The position numbers and the translations under genes were made by a program. A model generated the notes under the pieces. That model made no database searches. It had not been told where the DNA came from and was given only the letters and a program-made list of their open reading frames with translations. A stretch of DNA of 64,000 nt from Camelus dromedarius (taxonomy: Eukaryota): positions 5,272,001-5,336,000 of the forward strand of contig NC_087438.1 in the NCBI RefSeq assembly GCF_036321535.1. The letters run 5' to 3'. How positions within the stretch are numbered: the first letter of the stretch is position 1; every line of letters starts with the position of its first letter. Positions 1-14,139 of this stretch are shown one piece after another.

Positions 1-379
1 ATCCTCTCCAGGGAGAGGTGAGCACAGCTCCAGGCTGGGGCTGCATGTGGTTCAGAGGAGCTGGACCACAGGCTCGAGATGGAGGAGGAAGAAACGAAGC
101 AGGTGGAGTTCTTGGGGGTATAGCATGTCTTTTTAATATACTGGAAATTTTTTTAATAGAATCTTTTTACTTAGAAAAAAACCGAAAAACAGCAAATTTT
201 CTGACCACACACGAGAGGGCTCTGGGTAGGGAGAGGTGTCCCTCCCTTCCAGGCCTGGCCTCCAGCTTATGTGATTTTGACAGCAGTAAGGGGTGTGGAC
301 TAATGGCCCCCCAAATTAAAACAGTGTATGTGGGAGGGGAGACAAGGGGTGAAGAAGCAAAGGGGAACGGTGGGGAGAA

Positions 380-790
380 GGGTCAGTAGATGCATTCAGA
401 GCTGGGACAGATCTGACTTGGCTGCGTCACGTTTTAGAAAGAGTTCTGCTGCAGGAGAGAAAAGGTGAGGTTGAGCAGGGGGCAGGAGGTGGGAAGGCCA
501 GTTAGGAGACCATCTGCTCATCAGGTGGGTGGTGGAGGCAGCCAAGAACTGGGTAGGAGCAGGAGGTCAAGGGAGCGGGGCAAGTTCCCCCGTGTGAAGG
601 ACACGACATCCTGCCTCACTGGACGTGGGGCGGTGAGAGGGAAGAGAGATCAAGGCTGAGAGCAGCTTTCTGCTCAGGCGGCTGGAAAGATGGTCAGCCT
701 TCAACTGAACAAAAGGCACAAGGGGATGAACAGCTCCGGGAGGGAAGGTGACGGTTTCCATCTTGGAGATGCAGCATTTGACTTTTCTGC
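380..790 (+). mobile_element. Degraded L2 LINE fragment
   Basis: L2-like wording such as cacgttttagaaagagttctgctg and gggaaggccagttaggag; edges approximate. Confidence 0.45.
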
Positions 791-1149
791 ATGTAAGAGA
801 CTGCTGTTTTTTCTCCCAAGATCCATTATCTTTTTCTTCTTTACTATGAGGATCTTTTTACCTGGGCATATGCCACCCTGAACCAAGGCATGTCCCAGCA
901 TCCCTCAGAGGCGGGGACGGCCCTGTAATGGCCTCTGGCCAATGGTATGTAACCATAAGTTACGGTCTGCTTTGGAGGCATGCCCTCGAGAGCTGCTGTC
1001 CTCCGCTCTGGAAGGATGGAGGCAAGAAAGCAATTGAAGTGATGGGCTATGGAGTCCAGGGTGGAAAGGAATGGAGTAAGGAAAGCGGAGGGGCAAGGGG
1101 GAACAAGTAGTCAGGTTAACGGTCCAAAGGAGGAGACTCACATTTAGAG

Positions 1150-1407
1150 CAGTGGTTCTCAGTCAGGGGAGATCTTTGCCACCGGTGTTCCCCCGAAGAG
1201 CATTTGGCAGTGCCTAGAGGTGGTTGGGTTGTCACCAGTGGGGATGGGATTTCTACTGGTGCCCGGTGAGTAGGCGCTACTAGCGTCTAGCTCAGGTCTA
1301 AGTCTAGGGAATAGATGCAGTTAAACATCCTGAAACGCACAGGACAGTCCCCACAACAAAGAACGCTCCAGCCCCAAATGCCAATAGTGCCAAGGGTGAG
1401 AGGTCAG
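1150..1407 (+). mobile_element. MER20-like non-autonomous hAT DNA transposon
   Basis: Starts cagtggttctca, contains aaacatcctgaaacgcacaggacagtccccacaacaaagaa and aatagtgccaagggtgag; flanked by near-identical 8-mers atttagag (1142-1149) and acttagag (1408-1415). Confidence 0.85.
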
Positions 1408-1795
1408 ACTTAGAGGACAAGCCGACAAGGTAAATACATGCAATGAAATTACATGCCCTACCTAAAGGTGTTCAGATTCTTCCACCTGCACCCCGACAAA
1501 GCCGGACGAGCGCTCTCTGCCAGCCAGTCAGAGCTCATCTGCCTGGGGAGGCTCGGCCGCAGGCTGCCAGTTTGCTTCCTCTGGACTTGAAATTTCAATG
1601 AATTCTTAAGACAGTATATGCTGAGAGTAAGAAAATGAGTCAGCAGACACACCAAATCAAGGTCTCCTGCTACGTTCCCTGTATGATTTAAACTTGAGTT
1701 ATCATATGTAACTAACAGTAAACTGTTACAAGATGTTTTGCTTAAATTTTAGGAGCGCCGAGCCATCATTTATTTTTCTTTGTCAGATAGCCATG

Positions 1796-2327
1796 TGTTA
1801 GGGAAGGAGAAATCCACCCCCACCCCACCCTCTTTTGGCTGGTCTAATAATTAAGTTGACATAAGACAGGTTAACAGGAGGAAAAAATACAGATTTAGTT
1901 CATACCTATGGAAATGTCAGAGAAATAGGCTCCAGTAAGTGGCAAACCAGGCAGTTTTTGTATTTAGACAAAGAAACAATACATTTGTGAGGAATTGACA
2001 AGGCAGAGAAACTTAGGCGTGGGTGCTTAATTAGTGAAGAACCTAATCAGAGTTTGGGCTTGGGGTGGTCCATTTAGGAAGTAACGAGATTTGTTCACAG
2101 GGGGGACTTTTGGCCCTGAATTCTCTGTCTCTGGCGATAAAGACGTCTCTCTACTGCGTGGTGCTGGCAGTGCACCTTTCATGTGGGAGATTTATTTGCT
2201 GCCTGTAGGCAGACAGAGGAGGGCAGAGTACCTTTTTTGCACTGACTGTTTTTTAAGTAACTTTAATTCAAAATAACCAAGATGCCACTGTGGCATATCT
2301 TGGGGTGGCCTGCTCTGAGCCCCAAGA
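1796..2327. mobile_element. Probable ERV solo LTR (ERV1-like)
   Basis: About 530-bp block starting tgttagggaagg and ending tggcatatcttggggtggcctgctctgagccccaaga; resembles artiodactyl LTRs; family not assignable by eye. Confidence 0.55.
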
Positions 2328-4329
2328 GTTGCATTTGAGATCCTGAACCAGATTCACTGTTTTTAATTAATATTTGATGTAATTCTAAGGACAGACCTAT
2401 TCGTGAGACTTAGGTGGGAGAATCCTTGAAAACAAATCTGCAGTCTGATTACAAAGAATGTATTTTTTTAAGACAAAGATAAAACTTTAAAATTATGATG
2501 TACGAACAATATTGGTTCACAGATCAGGTGTGTGACAAATTAACAGTCCAGCAAACTGGACCAGGAGAGCACCTTCATTCCTGAGTTTGAAGCAGGATTA
2601 TTTCATTTCATTCAAGTCAATGAAATCCTAGGAACATGATGGCCCTTCATCCTCCTGCCGTGATGATTTTGCTGTACAATTTGCTGCTTGCCTCTTTTCA
2701 TTTGTATCCAAGGAAGCTTCAGACATTGCTTGATTAGCAGAATGAGAATTAATGCAGCTCTGCTCTGTCTTTTCTCATTTATTATTCTTTCCCTGAAAAG
2801 TTGATGTTATGCAGAAATGATGGGCCCATCTCTTGGTATCAGTCGCGTCTGTGCCCAAGGGGACAATTAGTGTCTGAGGGCAGGCACAATATTTACAGGG
2901 TATCATCTGCAGGATTTTGACTTCAGAAGCTTTTCTCTGGAGGCTTCAATTTGCAGGACAAATAAGCAGAAATCTGAACATCTACGTCTGTGCTGGAGAG
3001 TCCTGAAGTTCTCTCTCCAAGCCAGCCGCTCAGCATAGTGGTCACAGCAGAAGTAGTAAATGCCCACCTTAGGGTTCAGTGGTGTGTTCACGAGAGAAGC
3101 GTCAAGCAGCTCCTGCCAGGAATCTCTTCAGTTCCCTCCCTGCTCAGAGAAAGCCTTCTGACGTTAGCTGGGATTTGCTCTGTGCCCCAGTGTGGCCAGG
3201 GTTTGGACTAGGGGCTGGGAGGGGGCTGAGGGCTGTCAGCACCATCGGAGGCTGTGAGACTCACCCCAGGAGCAATTTTGCTTTGGGTTCACATCTCCAA
3301 GTTCAGCACAATTAGGAAAAAGGATTATTCTCCCCACCAAAAAAAAAAAAAAAAAGGGTCAATCACGTCTAAGAGATAATGATTACGTATTGCTTAGGAC
3401 TGGAACTGGTGCTTGGAAAGTAGTCAATAAATATTTGCTGAACGGGGAAAAGAATCTTGAATTAAGAGCAGAGCAACTGTGTTCGAATAAAGTGTTTCTG
3501 TCATTTCCCCAAAGAACAGGGGAAAGTTCATTTCCGTGTAAAAGCGAGGTCTCCTATTCTTTGATCAACAAATCTGGGTGCCCCAAATGCGAATTTATAG
3601 GCCTTTCTTGAAGGAGAACTTAGTCGCAGCATCGAAGGGACTGGTCTCCCCTCCAAAGCTCTGGAGCCCACCCTCACCCCCCACCCCAGCTCTCTTAGAC
3701 GCACGGCTTCACACGTGCAAGCATCTGGGCTTAGACAGAGCAGCCTGCTCCAGACTAGGATCCCAAGTTGCTGAGGGCCTTATCGCTGTCAAGGAGGGAG
3801 CCAGGTCTGCCGCCTCCCCAGCACACTCCAGTGCTCTTTTGTGATACCTTTCATAGTTGATGTGATGAACATATCTGTGTGACACTGCACTGCTGACAGT
3901 CTTAAGTCTGGGAGCACATGGCTGGTTGATGAAGGCTCATCGCATCGCATCTGGTGAGAACAAACACATCAGTTGGAGGACACAGACAACAACAATTTGC
4001 ATATAGAATGGCACCTGCAGCCAAGGAGAATGGGTTGAGTCTCATGACTTCAGCCTTTTCTTAGGAAAAAAGCTTCTAGAGAAGTGATCTGTTTTTTTAT
4101 AGCTGAAGAGATGCGTCTGACACTGGGTGGGGGATTTCCTGCCCTGTGTAATTCCTACACCCCTTGAAGCAACTCCAAGGTGTCTATGTGAGTGAGGAAG
4201 TGAAATTTCATCAAGTCAGAACAGCTATGACAATCATACACACACAAGGACCGAGCACACAGGTGGGTGTGCACGCCCTCGTGGTGTTGCTTCTGCCTGC
4301 AGAGCTGGAGTAAAAATCACCCCCAGATC

Positions 4330-4600
4330 AAAGTGGAAATAACAATGCTGTCTCCCTTGTATTTGTCCAGGATCGGTGGGCTCCCACTTTGCATCATACA
4401 GGGGACCCAGGTTCAGAGCAGCCTCTACCTGGGACATTGCTGGTCCCCAAAAGAGAGAGTGACAAAAGCATGATGAGCCCCAGGCTGGCTCTTAAAGCTT
4501 CTGCTCAGAAGAAGCACGCATCATGCCCATCACATCTCATTATTTAGACCAAGCCACGTGGCCAAGCTTATCGTCAGTGGGGTGAGGAAAGAGAGGGTCA
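4330..4600. mobile_element. Old MaLR (MLT1-type) LTR fragment
   Basis: Motif ggctcttaaagcttctgctcagaag...ccaagccacgtggccaagc is typical of MLT1 LTRs. Confidence 0.55.
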
Positions 4601-5839
4601 ACACCTGTTTCAGGACAACAGTTGAGTTACTGCAAGTGTTGTGTGTTTATAACCACATTGTCATCTGGGCATCCAGTGTCACTGAGGGATTGCATTTGAA
4701 TGTTTAAATATTCCATTTTACTCTTTGTGATATTTAATACAATGGATCCCACATATTAACTTCTTTCTATGTCTTCTTATCATCTCCTCTGTCCATGGTA
4801 CTGTTAGCATCTTCATTTTTCCTTCTTTTCAGAAGAACTCACCCGGCCACCTATATGTCATGAGGTTGTTTTCCCCCCAAAATCCAGTAGTGTGGTCAGT
4901 CTTCGCACATTTCTCTGCCATTTTCTTCAACTGGCTCTGCCTGTTTCGGGCTGGATGGTGTTCCTTGAATATAGGCAGAGGACCTTTGAGAGGCAAGTCA
5001 TACCAGAATCCACATCACTCTGGAGCACTTGACTTTTTTACTTTACAGCACGTGAGTATGGAGGCCTGTTTGCACGATGAGATCCCCTTTGGGTGATTCA
5101 GCAGCACTGGTGTTGAGCTGTGTTGGGTCAGACCTTGTGGGGTCACCAGCCTGAGAGGCACATGTGATGCTCAGGGGCCCTCCCGTCGTCTTGCTCCGGG
5201 TGCCATGTGCAGCCGTGTGCACTGCTGCTGGTCAAGGGAACAGAGATGTGCCTCTTATCTTAAGACTTCCATATTCTCCCATCCTTGGAGCGACTACTTT
5301 ATGAGTGATGTTTTTTCCACTAGAGGCTCTATTTTGAGGAGTTGAATTGACGGTTGATTGTACACCATTCAAGTCTAGAAGTATCAACTTACTGCCACCT
5401 GTGACTACAGACATAATTTATAATTTGACTTGATTAGGCTTTTGTTCTCTAACTTCTCCTAACTGGAGAGTAGGCTCATGTAGATGAACATTTATTTCTT
5501 TCCACCCTCTCTTAATGCCTTGCTCTTTAAAAGCATCTTGGTCGTCTCCACCCTCGCACTGAACTTACAGATCAGAGTGAATGGAACGAGCAGTCAGTGG
5601 TCGTAAAGCTGGAAGATACAAGTTTCATCTGCTCATGGCTTCCTAGTGAACACCACCTCTCCAAACCCATTCTGAGCCACACCTGTATCTGTTTTGCCTT
5701 TTTTATGGTCAAAAATATTTACGTTTAAGTGAAATCAAAGGTGACCAGGGTTTATAAAGTGAGACAACAATATATGTACGCAATGAAAGGACTTATTGTT
5801 TTGTAAAAGGGAACAGCGGTTTGTTGAAATGCACATTGA

Positions 5840-6305
5840 TTTTATTTGTATTGAAGTATGATTGATCTACAATGTTGCATCACTTTCTGGTGTGTAGCGC
5901 AGTGACTTAGTCGTACATATATGTATTCTTTTTTCATGTTCTTTTTCATTAGATGTTATTACAAGCTATCAATATAGTTCCCTGTGCTATATATAGTAAG
6001 ACCTTGTTGCTTATCTATTTTGTATATAGTAGTTTGTATCTGCTAATCCCAAACTCCTAATTTATCCCTGCCGCCTTTCCCCTTTTTAACCGTAACTGTA
6101 TTTTCTATTTTGTAAATAGGTTTATTTATGTCTTTTTCTAGATCCCACATATAAGTGATATGATATTTGTCTCTCTCTGTCTGACTTACTTCACTTAGCA
6201 TGATAATCTCTAGGTCCAACCATGTTGCTGCAAATGGCAATATTTCACTCCTTTTTATGGCTGAGTAGTATTCCATTATATATGCATACCACAACATATC
6301 CATAG
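5840..6305 (-). mobile_element. LINE-1 3' end (ORF2 C-terminus plus 3' UTR)
   Basis: Minus-strand ORF 6043-6303 reads MEYYSAIKRSEILPFAATWLDLEIIMLSEVSQTERDKYH, the L1 ORF2 tail. Confidence 0.9.
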
Positions 6306-8539
6306 TATATTGATATTACTTTGCACAAAGCATTGCAGTCTTCCTGTGAAATCGACAACCCTCCACACACAAACACTGCCCATTAACCTGGCACACCATA
6401 GCTCTTGTTTCTTATTCATCCTCCTCCAGTTCATTGGAGCCACTCTTCAAGAACAGCAAAAACCCAGCTTCCTCCTTGTCTTCTTTGTTAAGACTCCAAG
6501 TGTTCTCTCCTTTCTCAAAGTCCTTGCAGTCTTGGCCACTGCCTTGGAGCACTTGGAGTCTTTACTCTATGTCACTAATTGTTGAACTCTTAAACAATGA
6601 AGGGTAAATTCTAGAAAGGACCTTTTGTGGTTCCATAAAATTCTAGGAACTTACATGGACACAGAGACCTCCAACTCACCGGGTCCAGTAGACATTTTCT
6701 CAGCAGCCAAACTGGGACTGAAAGGCTGGAGTGGTGTGGCTGAGGTCTCCTGGACGGTGGCAGAGGGGTGGCAGAGGGGTGGCAGAGGAGTGGCGGGAGC
6801 TCATGTCTGCTCTTACGTAGGTGCTGTTTCTGCTCCAAAGTGCTGCTACTTTGTATCATACGTGAATATGATGACTGACTGTTTTTATAAAACTCAAAGA
6901 AAGAAAAAGCAAGACCTTTCTAACAGTAAGAGTATTCAGTGTTTTCTGATTGATTGATTGATTGAAGCAAGATTTCGAAGGAAGGACCTAAGAGAAACAA
7001 ACTACATTTTAGAACAGGAGGCAGCAACATGAGCAGTAGTTGCTGGAACTTCACTGTGGAGCTGTGCGGGCAACAGAGGTTGGTGCCAGAGGTTGCTGCT
7101 TCTCTGAAACCTGCAAACGTGAGGCTGGCTGCAGGAGGATGCATGAGCTCGGGGAAGACACTGACTTAACAGTCACATCCCTGGTAGGTGTTTTCCAAGC
7201 ACAGAGTTTTCAACATTTGATTCCAAGTGGACACATGGTCCATTCATAGTGCAAGACAGTACTAAACGGCGTCATCTGTCTCCGCGTCACATGTGATGCA
7301 GTGGCTGTTGAGGGATCTGGTGTCTTTATATTCTGGTAGCTACTTTCTGTTGGGAGGAGAACATTTTAAAACAAAATTTCTTCTATTCATTGCATTGGTT
7401 TGGCTTCCTGATGTAATTGAATTGCATTTAAAATAAGAACTGAATAGGAATGAGAATCTTGAAGGAGAAAAAATATTTAATTCTTGTGAAAGAGTGTGTC
7501 ATTGTCAACCTCCCTTTAGAAAGCACAGCAGATTTAACTATTACACGCCTTGGTTTAATGAAGGAATAGGACATAATGTGCATCATTGTATCTCAGCTCA
7601 AATTTTAAGTTCAGGTCTTCTTGGCTTAAATTGTATTTTCTTGTCAACCGAAATAATCTCAAAAACAGCATAAAATATATAGTTAAATATGTACTTTGCT
7701 TCATTATGTTAGAAACACTTCAGAGTGCAGAGTGTCCTGAATTTTGATCAATAGCACATTGAAATTTATGACCTCTGTAGCTTTTCTAGGAGGCACAATT
7801 TTATAAAACAAGTTCTCGGAAAAATTTATTGCTAATGAATAATAATTAGAGGTTTAATAAAGGGGTGTGTTGAAGTGGAACTCTCAAACTGGGGCCAAGT
7901 GGTACATTGGATAACCTTTGAATAGGCCAGAATTAGCCAAATTCTCTGTAGTTAGACAGTCTTTTTCAGTAAGAGAAATAAACAGTAATGGTATATATCC
8001 ATCAGTTTTGTGACAACTTGATTTTCCAAAAGACCCCTTAAAGACTGTCTCCAGTGGGCTTGGAGATAATGTAGCTGGGTTATATCTGATATATTAAGCA
8101 CTTAAGTTTGTGTGTCGCTCTCAGATAATTTGGCGGGCACACAGCTACATTAGCAAAAAGCTGAAATATTAATGGGAATATTAACCTTGTCAGATTATGA
8201 ACTGAGTTGAAATTTATCGTCTATGCCATAGTACTGGGCTTTGCTTTGAGAGCACAGCATTTTACAAGGGAAGAAAGACATATGTAACAGTGCCCTGACT
8301 CACCACATGGGAGTGCAGGCTTTTGTGTAAGGCTTTCCCCATTACCCAGTGCTGTGATCGCCAGGAGGACACATGCAGACCCCAAAGCACAGACCCCGTC
8401 CTGAGCTCTGGTCACAGGTCTCACCCTCAACCAGCGGTCCTGGCATCACATGGTAGCAGAGAAGACTTGGGTCTTCTCTGTTTGGCTCTTTGGCTGTTAC
8501 CAAAATCTTTATTCCAGTCTAACTTCACACAGATTCTTC

Positions 8540-8540
<1 letters not shown>

Positions 8541-8570
<30 letters not shown>
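8541..8570. repeat. (AC)n microsatellite
   Basis: 15 perfect AC units. Confidence 0.95.
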
Positions 8571-8575
<5 letters not shown>

Positions 8576-8849
8576 AAAATTTGGTTTACACAACATATGA
8601 AGTTTATTTCCTGCTTTTTTCAAACTACTTATAAAAAGCCAGTCGTCTGTCAACACTTGGGACTAAAATAAAGATCATCATTTACATTTGGTCATTAAAT
8701 GAAACCAGGGGCATGAAAGAGGATTACTATATTCGATTCATCTTTTTTGTTCATGGAAACTGTCTTTCAGGAAAGGCTGGCTTTGTGTGCTTTGGGGTTT
8801 AGTGTATTCTTATTACAGAATGCAGGAGGAAGAGAGAAGGTGCTTAGAG

Positions 8850-9125
8850 ACGTCTCAGTTAGGGTTACCCCAAGCAGACCCTAAGACAAGGATCTGGGTA
8901 TTGTCCTTTAGTTGGGAAATGGTTCCAGGTAGCAGAGTGAAGGAGTTGGGCAGGGAGGGAGGTCAGCTATTGAAAGGGGACACTGGTGGCAACAGGGGCT
9001 CGGTCCATCTGGACACCCTCTGACTGAAGTGTGGAAGATGCTCACATCTGCCCACTGAGGGGTGTGGGTGCAGAAGCTGGGGTGTTTATCCATCCATTAC
9101 GTCCTCATTGGTTAAGACACAGAGA
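8850..9125. mobile_element. Old ERVL-class LTR fragment (LTR16-like)
   Basis: ccccaagcagaccctaagacaaggat...ttagttgggaaatggttccagg resembles the LTR16-type terminus. Confidence 0.5.
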
Positions 9126-12069
9126 ACTATAGATTTAGAAGGGAACAAGCCGCAGGGAAGGGAGAGGGAACATGGTCAGGACACTGACAGCATCGGCTCC
9201 AGAAAACATGACTAGAACTGAATATAAACATTGGGAGAGCCTACTGAGAGCTTGAAGTCCATCAGGAGACCACACTGAATTCACGGGAAGACACAGTAAT
9301 CCTCATATGAGAGCCGTGCAGAGTGATGTAAGCTGAGCCCTGGGACCTGGTGCGTGTTGTTTTCTCTTAGCCCTTGACTCATCCATCACCCGTCAGAAAG
9401 AGCACAAAATTGGTTTTAATCGACTTAAGCCAATCATCACATCTCTGTAGACACGCAGACTCCACCGAGACTTCTAAACAGACAGCCTAAGCCAGACGCA
9501 TAGTCTGCTACATCCTGCATGCCAGCATTTCTTGTCACTGTTTTAGAAGTTAGCAAATTTGTATTCAGTGTCTACTTGCTTTGATGATGACAGGGGTTTG
9601 ATGGCGTCTCTGAGTAACGTGTGTCCTTTTGCTCCCGTCTGGGGCTGCTCTGTTCATGTCTGAGAGTGTGACCAGACGGGTCGCCTGATTTTTGTTGGCA
9701 GCAGTGCTGTACCTTCCTCACTACATTTCCTAGGTCTTGAACGTTATGACTCCTTTGTAACATTTGACCTCACACCCAATCATCTAGTTCAGGGATCAGT
9801 GAACAGAAAGAGGAAGCGGGGACCATCCATTCAGGGTTACTCAACAGCACCAGTGTGATTAACAGCCACTGAAATGGGCTGAAGGAAATGCAGCATTAGC
9901 ATTAACTCAGTTCCAGGCTTTAAGGGACAAAGTCTGTCATCTCAGGCCTTCCTTGAATATATCATGTGGTTTATGACTCCACACTTCCCAAGTGTCTAAC
10001 CACTGATTTGTCATGGAAAGTAAACCACTGAAGAATTGAAGATAAGTGGCAAATATATGTATTTGGCAGGCGGATAGCAGAAGACGAGTAGGTAATGGAA
10101 TAGCTCTTTATATTAAGATTACAAAAGGTGGTAGAGTACCATTTATTTAAAAAATAAATCCCATTGTCTTCATGTGGATCCCAGGGTCAGACAGGGAGCA
10201 GACACCTACTCGTGTACACACTAGGTCATCAACCATGGACATTTACCTTATTAAAAATTTTTGATTTCTACATTTCATGTCTTAATTTATAAGGAAACAT
10301 CAAGGGGAATTTAACAAAAAGTAAAAAGATAATTATTAAATATAAAGTGTTCTCTTACTTTCTTAAGTACCAATAAAATTCCCTTTGGCTTGTGTCAGGT
10401 GCTATGACAAGTGTTAGTTCCCCGCCCTTTACCTAACTGCCTCTTCTTGCCTCTGTTACAAGGAGGTTTGGAATAACACCCAGCAGATAGGGCTGTGGTT
10501 TTGATGCAGTTGGCTCACACGCAGAGAGCTCCCGGGAGAATGCGGGTCAGAGCCCGTGCTCCTGGCTGCACGTTTCTCTCTGTATTCCTAGGTCCCAGGC
10601 TTGTGGCTTCCTCTGAACACCAGCCTGTGCTTCTCGCCTCATCTGACAGCTGTGCCCTGGGGGTGGGCCCCCTACCGGGTCATAAACAGCGTGGTGTCAG
10701 GGACACTGTCTCATTCGTCTTTGCATTTACCACGAGTGCTTATCAAGGGGCCTGGCATTTCCTGGGCAATGATGGATGTTTTCTGACTGGGTGAACAAAT
10801 CAATGAATGAACAAACAAACGATCAACGCTGTTACACCAGTTCACGGAGAAGACCTCCCTGCCATGTACTGCGGTCCCCCACAGCCAGACTCAGTCTCCT
10901 GTTGACTTTGCCCCTGTCTTTCCCTGGAGCAGGATGGGCATGAGCTGTGGTCATTTCATCTTCATCAAGGTGCCCTCCTGGCCTCCTCTGCTCCTTTGGT
11001 GAAAGTTCGCAACAGCCCCCAAAGTGATGTGCACTGTGGGTGCGCCCAGGAGACAGACACCTGGGAGTGAAGCCCACCTCCCCCCCACCCCGCCCCACGT
11101 TCTCACCACTTTCTCCACAAAAAGAAAAAAACAAATTAAAAAAAAGAGAAAGAAAATGTGGAAGAAAGGGAAAATGTTTCATTCCACAAATGTTTGTTTA
11201 TACACACTGAATACCAGCTGCTAAATTCACAATACCTGGAGAATAGGATGTTTTCTATAAGAGATTGATGTTGAAAATACTCTAGCATGGATATAAACTT
11301 TCAAAGATTGCCCTTCTCTGATACTTTTTCTCAAAAAAAATTGCAGTTTCTTTGAAGAGAATGGAAATGTGCCATTTAACGAAAATAAGCACATATTCAA
11401 ATATGTGCAATATCGTGTGCTACTATGTGCCAGGTTTACTGAATTTAAAGACTGAAAATACAAGAAAAGCTCACTGTCATCATTTCTTTGGGTCCCACCT
11501 GTGGTTCTCATTGACGACAGTTTAGAGAAGCTAATGTTTTTGTCTCTGTCTGTATGTTGGTTTAGAGTCACTAAAGAGGAGTGGGTGGTCACCACAGAGA
11601 AAATGAAATATTTGAGAATGTGTGACTATCTTATTTAGGGAATGTGGACTATTGGTTGACTTTCTAAAGTGCAATAAAGCTTATACTTTATCTCTCAAAT
11701 GAACAAGCAGACGAAAATGAGTGTTTTCTATTTTAGACTGAGCACTGGTTTCTGGGATTTTAATACTATTTCTGCTTCACTACCTTAAGATCAAAATAGA
11801 AAAATAATGTCTTTGGGGAAATAAGTATGCCTTCCTTTTTCTCCACACTGAAGAGCACATGCTTAGAACTCAAAAAATGATAAGTAACACACTCTGACCT
11901 TAGAAAATCTGATTTGTTTTTCAATACGTGTTTCTAGAGTCTGTATTTTAACTTGTTGGAAAGAGCACTCACATTGGCCCCACTTCAATCAGGGATGATT
12001 TCAAGTGGCACTTGAATGTGACCTTGGCTGTGGGACAGCTCTTGGTCTTTGCCCCACACCCTGTTTCAG

Positions 12070-12218
12070 GAGCGGCTTCTGCTGTCCCTGCTCCCAGCGC
12101 ACATCGCCATGGAAATGAAAGCGGAGATCATCCAGCGGCTGCAGGGCCCCAAGGCCGGCCAGATGGAGAACACCAACAACTTCCACAACCTGTACGTCAA
12201 GCGCCACACCAACGTCAG
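12070..12218 (+). CDS. ADCY2: Adenylate cyclase 2 coding exon (approx. exon 5), 149 nt, start of cytoplasmic C1 region
   Basis: Acceptor ctgtttcag|GAG, donor AG|gtacgc; translates ERLLLSLLPAHIAMEMKAEIIQRLQGPKAGQMENTNNFHNLYVKRHTNV(S), recognised as AC2 sequence. Confidence 0.96.
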
Positions 12219-13085
12219 GTACGCCGGCCGCCGGGCTGGGCGCGTGCGGCGGGAGCCCACGTCTCCCGGTGTCGCGCGTCCTTTGGAACTGTTCGCCTTT
12301 GCGTGCAGAGGAGCGGGGAGGAGAGGGTACCACGCCACCCACCCGTGCGCTGCCTCTCAGGCCTTCACATTAAGATAAGGAAATGGGTTCCTCTACTTTA
12401 CTGCATTTTGTGACCTTTAGTCACAAACGGGAGAGAGGGGGACAGTGGGGTCCTTATTCTGGGAACTTCCTGGTCAGATCTCATGGTGTACCTGGAACCC
12501 AGCACTCAGTGCTGCCATGAGATTAAAGAGTCAGTGGGCTCTGGGCACAAGGACTGATTCCTCACGGTGGACTCGGCAGGGGCAGGGCTTGGGGAGCCAG
12601 CACTCTCCAGGGAAGCTGGGTGTCCTGCTGTCTATCAGGAAAAATGGCTTTCTGGGCTCTGGCCAACCAGTGCCCGCGTGATAGGGAGCCAGTGTGCACC
12701 TTAATGAGACTCTAGTGAAAGTTACTGCTCTTCTAAGAGTGGCACGGTCATGTCTGCTTCCCAGGGAGCCGTTCCTGGGATCCCAGTGACTGGGAAACTG
12801 GCGTAGGACTGTGGAAAGGAAGGAGGGTGGCGGAGGGCCTCTTCCCCCCTGAACCCTAGAGAGGGGCCGTGCGGACCCTCACTTCAGCCTGGAGAGGGTG
12901 CCCCCCCCACACTCCTCGTCCAACTCTAGCTGCAAGGTAGGCCCCTCCAGATGTGGGTGCCCTGGTCCTCGCCATTTTCTGTGCCCACCCGTTCCTGATA
13001 GCACTTCTCTGGTTGGGGGTGGGGTGTTCTTTCATCTATTCGATGATATTGCAGTGGCGGCTGGGTCATCTCAGTAAGTAACTTG

Positions 13086-13247
13086 TTGGGGGGAGGTATA
13101 GCGCAGTGGTAGGGCACGTGTTTAGCACGCATGAGGTCCTGGGCTCAACCCTCAGTACCTCGATTAAGATAAATGAATAAATAAACCTAATTACCTCCCC
13201 CTGCTTCCTCCAAAATAAAGCAAAACCAAAAAAGAGGTTAAAAAAAT
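13086..13247 (+). mobile_element. tRNA-Ala-derived SINE (camelid vic-1-like)
   Basis: Pol III A/B box head ggtatagcgcagtggtag...gggctcaaccc, aaataaacctaattacctcccc body, A-rich tail; 11-bp TSD taagtaacttg at 13075-13085 and 13248-13258. Confidence 0.9.
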
Positions 13248-14139
13248 TAAGTAACTTGGGTGCATCTGGCCTCATCCATTATGTTATTCCTTTAGTTGTC
13301 AGAGCTGCTCCCCCCCCATTCAGTAGTTTAGTAACAACCACCACAAACACAACTGAAATGTGCTGAGCATCGTCTAGAATTGGAATCGGGCCCTTTGCCC
13401 CCAAGTCCAGACCTTTTCCAAGCACGATGCTGCCTTCCAGTCTGGCAACTTCAGGTCAAGGATTTTTGAATTTTATTCATAAGAAACAGATTTAACTGCA
13501 GCTTAAATACATTGCTAAGACAAATCTCAATTTGACATACAATTTTAGAAAAAGCTATCGCCCAAGCACACAGAGAGCTCATATCCAGTAAGAAATGCAT
13601 ATTGAGAAGGAGGTAACAGAATAAAAATTGTGTATCAAGTAGGAACTAAGGAACAATCATTGACCAGACGAGGAATCAGTAGTAAAAAAAAGTTTTTAAA
13701 GTCATCACCATTTTTTGGAATCATAGGACAGATCTCTCTCTCTGTATATGTATATGTATATATATATACATACACAGAGAGAGCGTTTATCCACACATGT
13801 TAGGAGTAAAATTATTTAAAACACTGGCCTGCTTTCAGGTTTTTAAGCATTTTACATATATATAATTTTTAAAAATTCAGATTTCCTGACAAGATGTACT
13901 AGAAATTGCTCTTTGCAGCCTTAACTGTCTTAAAATCAGCAATACCCCTTCCGTCTCGGGAAATACTTTTAAGTCGCTTATTGATATTCAAAATATGTAA
14001 AGATGAATGCTTCTGTATTGTAACAGGATCACAGACTATCTTTAAGCATCTGTGATACAGTCCAGGATCGACAGACCTATAAAAATGGCCGAAGACACCA
14101 CCAGTCTCAGGCTGTTGACAAAGGGTCTGCATAATGTCC

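Noticed and set aside
12001..12413. Several overlapping ORFs on both strands around the first exon
   Set aside because: Explained by high GC content and the codon bias of the true exon, which suppress stop codons in other frames.
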